Below are positions 12,279-42,286 of a DNA stretch of 64,000 nt, piece after piece. The notes beneath the pieces are model-generated. The model did not search any database. It was not told where the DNA came from and saw only the letters and a list, made by a program, of their open reading frames with translations. Location of the stretch: the NCBI GenBank assembly GCA_013265495.1, contig MU058198.1, positions 1,748,419-1,812,418 of the forward strand, in the 5' to 3' direction. The translations under genes and the position numbers were made by a program. The number at the start of each line of letters is the position of its first letter. Within the stretch, counting starts at the first letter, position 1. This DNA is from Vicugna vicugna. Taxonomy: Eukaryota.

Positions 12279-14214
12279 CTGCAGCTGTACGTGAAATAAT
12301 GTACACAAAAGCAGCAGTCACATAGAAGGCACTCAGAAAAAGTTTGCAGTGTCTGAGTCTGCCTGTATTAGTTTTTCATTATTGTAGATGCCAGGATCCT
12401 CCCTCTGAGCATCCCCCAGAATCTGCCTGATGAGAGACTCGTTGCTAAGATATAGGAGAAGTAAAAGCCACTAGGGGAGTGCTACTGTTAACAAAAAGGA
12501 TGTTTCCCATTAATGCTTTGTACATCAACATCAGAGGTAAAAATAATATAGAAAGCCAGATGATGTATTCTAGCAAATAGGAGGCAGCATAGGGGCGGTA
12601 CAAAGAATTCTGGACTGGAAACCAGCATTGCTACTTGGCAGAATAGAAATGGGAAAGTACTATTAGGGAAAAATAAGAAAAGACAGCAGAAATGTTACTG
12701 GAATTCAGCATTATAGGATTTGGTCCTGCTTCATGGGATTTGAGTATGTCTCACTGGAATTTTCCAGGCTGCCCTACTGAAGGGGTTAGCAATTTGCTCA
12801 GAAATATGGGAAGGAAGGGAAGGTACGTTTTGCCCAGCAGAACCGGAAGCTCTCACCAGGACCATCCCATCGGACTTCCTGTCAATTCTGTGATAAGATA
12901 AAGGGATGTGAATTTGAAGAACACGTGGATTTTAAAACCTCACATAAAACCCATCCAATTGCTGGATTAAAAAGGAAGGAGCAAACATAATCCCTTTATG
13001 TAATAATAGTGAATAATATAAAACTCTGTGAAGCCAGAATGGGTTGTTAGAAGTTATTTTTTTTTCCCAACAGTTACATTTTATTTATATTAACGTATCC
13101 TAGCTTATAGACTCTCTAGGCTCGTCTGCCATTCTCTGAATAACCCCCGTTCCATTTAAATGGTAAATACTGTATCCGGGATTATCACAAAGATTGGCTC
13201 AAAATGTATGAACCAAACAGAATTACCCTGAGTCTTATATCAGGGAGCAAAGGAGGCAAATTAAAGAGTTCCAGCTCCTGGGAACTCTCCTATGCCCACT
13301 TCCCTAGTGGAGAAGCTAGCGTCTGCCCTAGTACAATGCAAGCTCCTTTAGGACAGGGAGTTTTCTCCATCCTGCATGCACTGATATATACCTTGCACCA
13401 AGTGCCGGTCCATCACACAGCAGGTATGCAATAAATACTGTTGAACAGCTGGATATGTTGTCTAGGCTGGAAGCAGGATGCAGATTGCCTGGTCTGTTGG
13501 TTCCTAGGAGTCTGACCGACTTCAGAGGTTCACATGGCATCCAAGGGTGGGGGTGGGCGATGTGAAACTGAAGAGTAACTTTGAAAGGCGAAAGTCTTAT
13601 TGCACACACTGCTCTTGATCCGTTTCCCTCCCCGACTCTAATATAGTTGGAGAGAGTCATCTGTGCTTTTGGTGGTAAGGATTACTTCTTTTCTGTCAGT
13701 AGCCTAGCAGAAGTTATGGTAGGGGATCTTATGGAAAGAAGGAAAGAGGAAATCTATGAATGAATTAAGGCCCTTTTGATGGTCTCATCATTACATACTC
13801 TTCACTATGCATCCTTTACAGTACATTTGTGACCATTAAGATTCCCAGAAAGACTCCACAGTCACTTGAGGTGCGCAGAACAGATCACAGGGGTATTGTA
13901 TTCTAGCACAAAGGCTAGACAGCCTGGGAAACATCAAAAACATTTAGCTAAGCTACCTAGAGCATGAAGAGGACCTGCCAGGAGGAAATTTGGGTAAGAA
14001 AACAAAATAAACATGATTTTCTTCGCTGCTGACTTTTAACCAGCCTAGGGGTTGGGGTGGGAGGATTTGAATGGGAGCTTTGGCAGGAATGGGCTACCCA
14101 GCTCTGCTAGTGACTCAGAGGACCCGGGGAAAGCATCTCTGCACCTCAGTTTCCCCATCTGTAAGTTGAGGAGGTGGCACTACATGATTCCTAATGACTC
14201 TTTCAACCCTGACC

Positions 14215-14840
14215 CTATAATGGACATCTGCAGATTTTGCCTATGCAATACATACTTCTCCTTTCTGGTAAGAGACCCCTTTCCTTTTGTCAGCTCCTGT
14301 GGCAAGATGGGCTGACGGCACTCCTAACTTCAAGAGGGGGCGTGTGACTCAGGCCTGGAAAATAGGGAAATCAGATCCCCCTGCGTGGTGCAGTGGTTCA
14401 GGGACAGGCACATGGCCGACCAGGCCAAATAGAATATTCTGTTTCCTTTAGCTACTATGTTACACATATGGGCATATGACCTAGGTGGTCCAGTGAGTCT
14501 CCACTCTAGGACTTCTGTTAATGAAGAGAATGTCTATTTCTGCTTGGGTTGCTGAAGAGGACAGACTGATTCAGGAGCTGCTGGCACCCATCCTGCCACT
14601 ATCAAGAGAGACCTTACTTGATAACGGAGCCAACACTGAGGAAAACAGAGCCAAGGGACAGAGAGAGTAAGACTGGGTCCTGATGACACTCGGAGCTCCC
14701 GGATACAGCTATAGCTGAAACCAGTTACCTGTACTTCTTAACTACAAGAGCCAATAAATTCCATTCCTCATCCATTCATTCAGATTCAGGCAGTTTGAGT
14801 TGTGATCTCCACAACTTATGACCAGAGGAGTCCCGACCAA
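14215..14840 (+). mobile_element. Old ERVL (LTR16-like) LTR
   Basis: Motifs catgtgactcaggcctgg, gagccaataaattcc and ttgcaacc-like end. Family assignment is from memory. Confidence 0.5.
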
Positions 14841-14874
14841 CATGGAAGCTCCACAGTTCCTTGAAATTTCAGTT

Positions 14875-15170
14875 ATATGAAGCCAGAAACAAAAGGCTAC
14901 ATAACATATCATCCCATTTAATACGAAATGTCCAGAAAAGGCAAGTCCATAAAAACAGAAAGTAGACTAGTGGTTGCTAGGGACTGGGGGAAATTGGGAA
15001 TGACTGCTTAACAGGTTCTGGGTTTCTTTCTGGAGTGATGGAAATGTTCCGAAATTAGACAGTAGCGATGGTTGCATAACCCTGTGAATATACTAAAAAT
15101 ATTGAATTAGATACTTCAAACTGGTGGATCTTATGGTGTGTAAATTGTATCTCAATAAAATAGAAAAAAA
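14875..15170 (+). mobile_element. L1M 3' end fragment
   Basis: gaagccaga...aaatgtccagaaaaggcaa...tatctcaataaa followed by an A-tail. Confidence 0.75.
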
Positions 15171-15289
15171 AATTTAACTCCAGCCATTGGAGCTCCCGCA
15201 GGGAGCAAATGGAAACACTCCATCCCCTTATTTTCCTTGCCGTGAGGGCTAGAAGTTACTAAAGCAAGACCCGCAGAATTGGAAAGAGC

Positions 15290-15295
15290 TTTATT
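15290..15295 (-). terminator. CRYM polyadenylation signal
   Basis: AATAAA on the minus strand about 265 nt after the stop codon. Confidence 0.65.
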
Positions 15296-15557
15296 TCAAG
15301 GAATTACAAAAGGTAGTGAAATACAGGGGAAAAGGAATGCTAGAATAATCTGACGTTACAGAAGAAATGGCCACTTAGTTTTGCTTTCCAACTACAAACA
15401 CAACAGGGGATATCTCATTATTTAAGGTAAGATATGATAAACACAAAGCTGTAGCTCACTGGGCACTGGGCTCCCTTATTTGATGTTGAAATTATGAGAC
15501 AACTAGTATTAACACCCCTCGAGCTACAGCATCCACTCAACACAAAGTTCCCTCTTT

Positions 15558-32340
<16,783 letters not shown>

Positions 32341-32625
32341 TGGAATTGAGACAGGCTGGCTGGGAGTTAGTATTTTGGGGTCCGCTTTCTCAATTCCTGT
32401 AATTAGCTGTAGTCACATTCCTTGTAAAATGTGTTAGTTTGGCGCCCCTCCTCCCTTCCTCCCCATCAACTCCACTATTTGCTGTCTAGGTGGTCCGGCC
32501 TGGGAAAGAGGAGACAGGGGGATATGGGGCAAACAATGATGGGCTCCCTTATTTCTTAAACTATTACCTGCTTCTTCGGAGATCTTAGATGAAAGGAGAC
32601 AAAAGGTTGTTTTAAAAAACCTTTT

Positions 32626-33185
32626 TGTCGTGGGGGGTCTGGCGGGCGGGTGGGCAGGAGGTAAAAGAATTTATCAGAGACAAAGCAAAGTGAAGGACAA
32701 GTTTATTAGCGGTATGCTGCCACAGACAGCTGCGGGCCACACAGAGGAGAGGTGCCTGTGTGTCCACTGGGATGATGTTACGGAAATGACAGGCCAGCCA
32801 AGAAACAAGCACCACTCGGAGGGTTGGAGTACTCAGAGTTATTACGCCGGCGGGCTCAGAGGGGCTTCTGCTCCGAAGCTCTGAGCACCTCCAAGACGTG
32901 CACATGAGGTTTTATAGGGTTAATTACAAGTATGGGGCTATTAGCCAATAACGTTCAAACAACAAAAAGCAAGGAATCAGTACACTGGAGCTTATCAATT
33001 TGGAACAGATCACGTTACTGACACTTGTTGAGCTTGGATTTATGAGTTAACTTGTTAGCCCAGTAAACTGACACTAAACTTCAGATTTATGAGTTAGCCC
33101 AGCAGAACTCAGATCAGTAATCCGACACTTGTTGCACTTAGATTTGTGACTTAGCTTGTTAGCCCAGCTGGGCTTTCCCTTCACA
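32626..33185 (-). mobile_element. Solo ERV LTR, same orientation as CRYM
   Basis: TG...CA ends. On the minus strand: three ~45-bp U3 repeats (33017-33167), TATAAAA (32916-32910) and AATAAA (32707-32702). CCAAT at 32945-32949 on +. No clear TSD. Confidence 0.75.
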
Positions 33186-34715
33186 ATGAAAGTGCAGGGT
33201 CTTCTATGGGGGGAGGAGTTGGTGAACACATTGCATTGGGGGCTGCGTGATCAGCTCGTGCAAAGCTTTTTGATTAGTTGTAGGTAAGAAAGTTAGGATC
33301 TGTGGAGGGGCAGTGGGATTTATAACTGACAAGGTGGAGGCATGGGCTGAAACAAACCAGCCTGAGCTATTGTGTGATTAGGCACTACCTAGGACTATTA
33401 GTCTGTTAGGGCAAACACGCATTAGTAAAGAATGTACTTTATCTTTGAGGGATTGTATGCAGACATCTGAGAGCCCAGGAATGGGATCATTGGACTCTGA
33501 AGGACACCAGTTGGCTTCATCCTTTTTCCTTTCAATTCTGTTCACATCTGGAGTCTCTTATCCCAATCTCCCTCCCACCCCGACCCCCAGATCCCCAGTT
33601 GTTGATTGCTTCCAGTGCACAGTTTTCTCCTGGAGTTACTCAACTAATCTTCACCTTTAGATAAAGGGGAAGTTCTCAGGATGAGATATAATGGTCTCAG
33701 TCACAAATAGCCAAATGGATAAGATGTCATGTCAGCAGAGGAGTTGGGATCTATCCTTAAAGTGAGACTCCAGAACTCTACTCCTAAGCATTGGGCTACA
33801 TTGGCAGGGAGGGTGCAAAAGACATTTCAGGCCAGGTGAAACCCAGGGGTGTAAGGAATGTTGTCTAGTCCTTGAGAACAGCGTCTTGCCAGACAGATTT
33901 GGTTTGGAATGAGGGGCTAATGTCTATGAGTACCAAGACATAAAACTAGGATGCTTCTTGAAGTAAAGCAGCTAAGAAGGGTGATTCTTTGGAAAGGAAT
34001 TATATGCTTAAAGAGATTAAATGTTTAGAAATAGGGTCTTGTGCCAGAGCATAGGATGAAACATATGAGCAAGAGTGTAGCCTGGGAGACAGGTCAGGAG
34101 ACTCCACTGCTTAAGTTGTGCTCCCCTGATATTTTCATTGGGAGCTACATAGGACATTTCTTACAAAATGGTCATATCATAATAAAAGACGATCTAAGTG
34201 TCAAAATGTGTACCAGTGAAATGATAAATCAAATGTTATATACTTAGCACAGTCCTTGGCACAGAGTAACCACATAATAAATGAAAACCTCTTGTATCAT
34301 CAAAAAAGAGAGAAGATGCGATGGTGGCTGGGAAAAGCTTATTTCAGTTACACAACTTTGTTTCTTTCGTTCACTGTCCCTAGAAATGCATGCCCAGGGC
34401 TGCTGGGATTACAAAAACGTTTGTAGCTCATTATTTGTGTTTTTATAATTATTGTGATGTAACATATGTTGGGTTTAAAAAAATGACAGAGTTCTGTGGA
34501 AGCTCTAATACCTCATGACTTCTCTTTATTTCCGTAATATATTGTGTTAAAATTTTTACTACTCTTTTTAGCTTCAGTAGAAGCAAAATTAGCCTGATAT
34601 TGTAGTTTAATATACTATTTCAATCATTTTGAATTTGCATCAAAATAAATGCATGAATATTTAAAAGACTGTTAATCACCTCAAATCATCTTCTTTATGT
34701 GGCTTTGAGTAATAT

Positions 34716-35179
34716 TGTTTCTGGAGAATAGGTTCCTGTCTTGCGCAGGAAAGAACTCAAGAGCAAGTCATAGTAGAGTGGAAGTAGATCTATTCAGGGA
34801 GATACACATTCCATAGGCAGAGCCATCTCAGAAGGCCAGAGAGAGGTGGCCCTAAGGTTGTTAGTTTTTATGGACTGGGTAATTTCATATGCTGACAAGT
34901 GGAAGGATTATTCCTACTATTTTGGGGAAGGGGCAGAGATTTCTAAGAATTGGGCCCCTGCCCACTCCTCGACCTTTTATAGTTAGCCTGGGAACTGTCA
35001 TGGTACCTGTGGGTGTGTCACTTACCATGCTAATACATTACAATGAGTGTGTAATGAGACTCAGGGTCTACTGGAAGTTGAATCTTCTGCCACCTTGGGC
35101 CGAGATGGTTCTAACCAGTTTATGTCTTATCCTCAATTGCTTTTAATGGTTGTGCCCTGCCCCCTTCCCTCCTGTCTCA
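34716..35179. mobile_element. Solo LTR (ERV1-like)
   Basis: tgttt...cctgtctca termini; near-TSD atat/gtat. Confidence 0.65.
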
Positions 35180-36644
35180 GTATCACCCAGGTCCTCAGTA
35201 AAGTTTTAGCTGCCAAAAATGATGGTCTAGTTTTAGTTCAAGAGTCTGGAAAGAAGTTATCATAAAAAGGGAGGGCAGCTTTCTTCCTCCTCCCCAGCCT
35301 GGTGGTAGCAGCCGTGGTTCTGGGGAGGCTGGTTGGAATTCCAGGGGACCAGCATAGCAGATCAACCAGTGGTACAACAAACACTGGCCCATATGCTGCA
35401 GAGGGAGAGGGTGTTGCTGAAGTTGTGGTATCATACCTCTTGGCTGGGGCTATGGGGTTAGCATGGTTTTGTATAACATGTAAGTACCTTTCTCAGCTTG
35501 GCTTACAAGGAGCTCCCATGGAAATTATTATGTTGTTTTCCTACCTTTACTCATTGATGTGATACATTTTATGAAAGATATTCTAACATTCCAATTTGTT
35601 TCTAAGGTTTTTATTGGAGTTCGAATGCTTTTTAACCAAAATCCCCACCAAATCACTTGCAGGTTGAGGATTAGGAACCTCATACTTTGTGATTCCCAGG
35701 TAGGGGCTCTGGGGTCAGCCAGTTTGGATTTGATTCCTGGTTCTGCTGCTGTACATGCTGGATGACCTTGAACAGGAGACATAACCACTCTGATCCTGTT
35801 TCCTCTACTGTAAAATCAGATAATATTAGTAATAGTAGAACCAACCTCCCAGAGTTGTGGTGAGGCATAAGTGAAATCATTTTGTGAAGTGTTTAGCTGG
35901 AAGGTGTTTAGTATTATTAGTAAGTATTAATAAGTATTAATGATGCTTTTTTAGTTTATTGTTATTAAAATAGTGAAACTACTATTAGTAGTAATGACTT
36001 AATAGAAAGAATATCAATAAACTTATAGTAATGTAGGGACTAGGAACCGGGATGCTGGAGTAACTCTCCCTTCCTTGCCCTCCAGAGACCTTCTGCTGGG
36101 ACATGCCTAGAGGGTTTGCAGGCCTCTGTGCCGGCAGCTCTGGGAGTTCCTTGCTAATTCCTGACAAATTCTGGGGAGGTGGCCATTTGCACTTCTCTAG
36201 CCTTGCCACTACTACACTGAAGCTGGCAGTAGGGCAAGGCTGTCACTAGGGGGAGGCAAGCACAGTGGATGACTCACTTCCAGCGCACAATTTAGGGGCA
36301 CGCTCAGAACTCAAGATACTCAGTACTGGAGATTAAAAAAAAATTTTTTTTTTAAATATACTATTGGAAAAAATGAAGCCACCAAAAAAAAAAATTCCAC
36401 GATGAGCAAAACATCAAAATTTTAAATAAAGAAAGGATCAGAATGAGTGGTTTTTCCTTTTGTTTTAGCCTCCCACATGGCACTTTTAAGGTTTTTATTT
36501 TGAAAAAAAATTAAATGTATTGATCTTGATTATTGAGTTGGTTTCCCCTTAAATGTCATAGTAAAGGCAAATGTCTCACTCCTCTCAGTCCGAGTCATTG
36601 TCCTGGGAAAGTGGGGGACCACGTGTTGGCCCAGGAGGGGCAAG

Positions 36645-37060
36645 TGGTGCGAAAGACCAGCTGCGCGCCTCAGGGGCAGGCGGGTTGCCGGGAAGGGGCT
36701 AGCCTGGGGACTGGGAGGCAACCGCGCAGGCGCGCGGGGAGGGGGCGGAGGAGGCGCGCGCTGGGCGCTGCGGTCGGCGGCGCACGGCGCTCAGCCGCGC
36801 CTTTGAGGGAGTCCGCGCGCGAAACCGTCCTGCCGCCGTGCGCAGCGGGGCGGTTGAGGAGAGCGTTGGAAAGAGGAGCCGTGCTGAGTGGATTGGCGCC
36901 CCTTAGCGGCAGGGCGGAGGCGGCTGCCGAGGCCTGAGCCGTGAGTGGACCTCCTTGCCGTCCTCCTCCTCCCTAACTCCTTCTCCTCAGGATGCTCCGC
37001 CTACCTCGCCGGAGGTCAACCCAAAGCGCGCTCCCCCTCCCCACCCCCAGCACAAGCACG
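36645..37060. promoter_or_regulatory. CpG island promoter with a putative non-coding first exon of the ABCA3-like gene (donor gtgagt at 36941)
   Basis: Very high CpG density and GGGGCGG boxes in an AT-rich background. A GCC|gtgagt donor lies 6.9 kb upstream of the acceptor ending at 43810. Confidence 0.7.
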
Positions 37061-37562
37061 TAAAAACCCACTAGGGACTTAAAGTTGACTTTTAACTGTT
37101 TTTATTCATTTATTTATTTTTTATTTTGGTAGTAACTTAGTGCTCAGAAGGTTTTGGGAGGTTCAGTCAACTTTGGTTTTAATTTGACTTTAGACAAGTG
37201 AGTTGACCTCTGAATCTTAGCTATAATGTAGGAATATAATTTTGCGCGCCTTTAAGATTTTTCTTCTTTCAAAAAATTGAGATAAAACTCACCAATTTTT
37301 ACCATTTTAAAGTATTAGAATTCAGTGGCTTTTATTACATGCACAATGTTGTGAAATAATCACTGCTATCTAATTCCGGAACATTTTTATTGAAATATAG
37401 TTGATTTACAACGTGTGTTAGTTTCAGAACATTTTTACCTTGTTTTATATAAACCCTGTCTGTACTCATGAGCAGTCACTCCCCATTCCCCTATTTCCAG
37501 CCTGTGGCAACCACAAATCTACCTCCCGTCTGTACGAATTGGCAGATTCTGGGAATTTCTTT

Positions 37563-38083
37563 TGTGGATGGAAATAATCAATAAACCAATTTATAATAGG
37601 AATAAAGAGTATTATTTCAGCCAAACTGACAACTGTAGCCTTGGAGACACCCTCTCAAATTACTCTGAGGAACTGTTCTGGGAGAAGGATGGTTTTATAT
37701 CGTGTCAGAACAAAGATCATCAAATAAGTCAGGGACACATTCCTTCAAGATTTCAAAAAGAACCCAAAAAACAAAATTAAAAAACTGCTCAGCATGTATA
37801 CAGTGAGTTAATAGGGTCCTGGCACCTGGAAAGGGAGTCTTTATCAACCAAGAAGTACCAGCATTGACATCCCATGAAGGGAGGCGTTTAATCTTTATTT
37901 TTAACATGGCCACTCTTTATTTCAGGTCAGTGCAACCTTTTCTTTAATGATTAAAGCAGATGTACCATGTAGGTTTGGTAGGCTACAAACAGGCTGTTAT
38001 AGTTAGCATAAACTTCAAGTTAAATCGTGTATAAACTAGAATGACTTCCTCATAACTCAATATGTGAAAATTTTTCCCACCAC
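37563..38083. mobile_element. LTR-like insertion interrupting an L1 3' end
   Basis: tgtgg...ccaccaca termini; the L1 sequence resumes immediately afterwards. Confidence 0.55.
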
Positions 38084-39091
38084 ATACAAATAGAATCATA
38101 TAGTATGTGGTCTTTTGTGTTTGGCTTCTTCCACTTAGCTTATTTTCAAGATCCATGAGTGTTGGTATCGTATATTATTCTCCAGATATACCACATTTTG
38201 TTTTTCCATTCTCATGGACTTCTGGATTGTTTCCACTTTTTGGCTATTATGAATAATGCTACCATGAACATTAGTGTATGTGTTTTTGTGTTGACATATA
38301 TTTTCTTTTTGAATAAACACTTTTATTATATAAGTTTCAGGTATATAGCAGTATAGCTCAACATCTGGATACATTACACAGTGATCACCAGACATATATT
38401 TTCTACTCCTAGAAACCTAGGAGTGGAATTGCAGGGTCATATGGTAATTACATGTTTAACCAAGTTTTTCCATGGCTGCCATACTACTTTACATTCCCAC
38501 CATCAGTGTGTGAGGGTTTCCAGTATTCTACATTCTCACCAATGCTTATTTTCTGTTTAAATTTTTTTTTAATTTAGAAGTTATAGCCCTCTTGGTGGGT
38601 AAGTGTTTCTTATTGTGGTTTTGATTTAAATTTCCCTAATGTCTAATTATGTTGAGCATCCTTTCATGTGCTCTTTGGCCATTTGCATAATTTCTTTGGA
38701 GAAATGTCTGTAGATCTTTTTGCCCATTATTTTACTGGTTTGTCGTCTTGTCATTGCATTATAAGTGTTCTTTATATGTTCATAATATGAAATCCTTATC
38801 AGATACGTAATTCAAAAATATTTTATTCCATTCTGTGACTTATCTTTTCACTTTCTTGACAGTGTCCTTGGATGCTCAAAAGTTTTTGACTTGATGAAGC
38901 CCAATTAGTCTATATTTTCTTTTGGTGTCATATCTAAGAATGCATTGCTGAATCCAGGTTAATGAAGATTTCCCTATGTTTTCTTCTAAGAGTTTATTTT
39001 TTCAGCTCTCACTTTTGGTGTTTGATCTTTTTGAATTAATTTTTGTACATGGTGTGAGGTAAGAGTCCAGCTTTATTTTTTTGCCTATGCC

Positions 39092-39732
39092 TGTTACTGG
39101 GCCCTCTCCAGATTCTTGGACAGCAATACCATAGAAATTAATATCACTCCCACAAAGTTCTTAGGCAAGCAAAGCTTTTTCTTAAAAGGATAGATTATGC
39201 CCAGGGGAGAAGGTGGAAAAGAGTGCCAACTCCCTGAGAACTTTCAGGGAACAGGTTTTAAAGGCAGTGTGAGGGAGAGGGCCACAGGGTGCCTGATCAG
39301 CTTGAGCTCAGTTCCCAGATTGGTTGACATCAGGGTGAAATTTCAAGTATCATCAATCAGTCTTCTGGTTTCAACTGGTATGGAGTATACACACTTGCAG
39401 TCAGCAGTTTTCATCTGGTAGGGGTCTGCTTCCTACAAAAACAAATTGAGAATGTGTGTCAGGCCTTTTATGTATATCTTTCAGGGAATTGGGAGTTTGG
39501 TGATTCTGCTAGGTGGCAGATTTATGGTCCCACTTTTGTCCTTTAGAAACTATGTACATACATCAGTGGAACAGAGACAGCGTTTATCTTTTACTCCTGT
39601 GGGTCTCTGGGTATTGTCTCAGAGGCCCAAGTCTTTAGGCGCTTTGTTTTACTGGGCCTGTGAAGCCTGCTTGCTCAAGGCTGTTCCCTTGGTCCTTTTC
39701 CAAAATGATGGTCCTCTTATCTTCCTGTCTCA
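39092..39732. mobile_element. Solo LTR (ERV1/MER21-like) nested in L1
   Basis: TG...CA termini with a perfect TSD TGCC (39088-39091 and 39733-39736). Confidence 0.8.
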
Positions 39733-42123
39733 TGCCTACTTAGTTGTTTAAGCGCTGTTTGCTTAAAAGACCATTATTTTTTGTTGAAAATCAATTGACC
39801 ATAGATGTATGGCTTTATTTCTAGATGCTCAGTTCTATTCCATTTGATTTATATATCTGTGCTAATGTCAATACTGTACTGCTTTGATTACTGTCTCTTT
39901 GTAGAAAGTATTGAAAATCAGGAAATGTGAGACCTTAAATTTTGTTCTTCTTTTTTCAGTATTGTGTTGGCTATCCAGGGTTCCTTGCAATACCATATGA
40001 ATTTTAGGAACAGTGTGTTCATTTCTGCAAAAACAGTAGTTGGGAGTTGATTGACTCTACATAAATTTGGGGAGTATTGCCGTATTAACAATACTGAATT
40101 TTTCATACACGTGGGATGTCTTCATTTATTTAGGTCTTCTTTAATTTCTTTCCCCCCCAGCTTTATTGACGTATAATTGACAAATAAAATTGTGGTATAT
40201 TTAAAGTGTACGACATGATGACCTGATACATGAATACATTGTGAAGGAATTCCCATATTCAAGCTCATTAACATATCAATCACCTCACAAGTTGTCCCTC
40301 TCCCTTTTTTTTTGGTAAGAACACTTACAATTTACTCTGTTAGCAAGTTGCAGTTATACAATACAATATTATCAACTATAGTCACCATGTTTTAAAGTTT
40401 GTAATCTTTTGCCAGCCTCTCTCCATCTCCCTCACCACTTAGCCGGTGGTAATCTGGAGGTTGCACTGAATCTATAGATGGCTTTTGGTAGTACGCACAT
40501 TTTAACAATAGCTTCTCTGATCCATGAACACAGGATAGCTTTTCATTTATTTGTTTCTTCTTTAAATTGAAGTATAGTCAATTTTCAATGTTGTGTTAGT
40601 TTCTGGTATACAGCATAGTGAATCAATTACACACACATATTTTTTCATATTCTTTTTCACTATAGGTTACTATGGGATATTGAATATATTTCCCTGTGCC
40701 ACACAGTAGCACCTTGTTGTTTATCTATTTTACATATTGTAGTTAGTATCTGCAAATCACAAACTCCCAACTTATCCCTTTCCCCCAGTAATCATAGGTT
40801 TGTTTTCTATGTCTGTGGTCTGTATTTGTTTTGTAAATAAGTTCATTTGTGTCATTTTTTAGATTCCACATATCAGTCGTATCATATGGCATTTTTCTTT
40901 CTCTTTCTGGCTTGCTTCACTTACTATGACAATCTCCATGTCCATCCATGCAGTTGCAAATGGCATTTTTAGTTCTGTGTTATAGCTGAGTAGTATTCTA
41001 TTGTTTGTAGGTATACCACAACTTCTTTATCCAGTCATCTGTTGATGGACATCTGTCTTGGCTATTGTCAGTAATGCTGCTTTAAGTCATTTTGAGTTTA
41101 TTTTTGTGTAGAGTGTGAGGGAATGTTCTAATTGCATTGATTTACATGTAGCTATCCAGGTTTCTCAACATCACTTGCCGAAGAGACTTTTTTCCACTGT
41201 GTATTCTTGCCTCCTTTGTTGAAGATCAGTTGACTGTAGGCATGGGGGTTTGTCTCTGGGCTCTCTATTCTGTTCCACTGATCCACATGTCTGTTTCTGT
41301 GCCAATACCACTTTGTTTTGTAGCTTTATGGTATTGTCTGAAGTCTGGGAGGGTTATGCCTCCAGCTTCATTCTTTTTGTTCAGTATTGTTTTGGCAATT
41401 GTGGGTCTTTTGTGATTTGACTGTGAATGTTTAGACATAATTTCCTTTGGTCTATCTTGTTTGGGGTTTACTCAGTTTCTTTTATCTGTTGGTTTGTGTC
41501 TTCTGCCACATTTGGAAAATTTCAACCATTATTTCTTATATATTTTTCAGCTTCACACTTTCTCCTGTTGTCTAGGATTCTAACGAATTGTATGCTAGGT
41601 TTGGTTTTTGTTATCCTACATATTTCTGAGGCTCTGTTCATTTTTTTCAATCCTTCCTGTCCCATTTTCTTCATCTTCTATAATTTCTACTGATTTATCT
41701 TCAAGTTTAGTGGCTCTTCTATGTCATCTTCATTCCACTGTTGAGTTTATCCAGTGAATGTTTTATTTTGGTAACTTTGGGTTCTAAAATTTCCATTTGA
41801 TTTTTCTTTGTATCTTTTATTTTTTTGTTGATACTTTCTATTTTAAATTTTATTTCAAGACTATGATTGCCCGCTTGAGCATTTTAATAGCTGCTTTAAA
41901 GTTTTTTTTTTTCGGATAATTGCAACATCTGTGCCATGACATCATTAATATCTGTTGATTGTCTTTTCCTATGCAAGATGAGAGTTTGTGCCTTCTTGTA
42001 AGTTGAATAATTTGGGGTTGTATTCTGGGTATTTTGTGTATTAAACTGTGAGACTCTAGGTTCTGTTTAAGATTCTATGGAGAATGTCAGTACTTCAGTT
42101 TAGTAGGCAATTGACCTGGTTTT

Positions 42124-42286
42124 AGGATTGCCAGATTTAGCAAGTAAAATACAAAAAACACCCAGTTAAATGTGAATTTTAGATAAATTGTGAATAATGT
42201 TTTATTATAAGTATGTCCCAAACAAAAAAATGTAATTTATCTGAAATTCAGATTTCACTAGCACCGTATATTTTATCTGGCAACCT
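42124..42286. mobile_element. MER33-like hAT MITE
   Basis: Terminal inverted repeats ggattgccagat and atctggcaacc. Confidence 0.7.

Larger units (their letters stand above)
37270..41420 (-). mobile_element. Composite nested L1 fragments
   Basis: L1 3'UTR and ORF2 remnants (e.g. LKFIWYCKEPWIANTILKK), interrupted by LTRs and younger L1 ends. Confidence 0.75.

Noticed and set aside
33017..33167. CRISPR-like repeat array
   Set aside because: Only three degenerate units with no regular spacers, inside a mammalian LTR, and no cas genes.
36533..36937. 134-aa Arg/Ala-rich ORF
   Set aside because: Artefact of CpG island composition; it starts at a non-ATG codon and has no domain.
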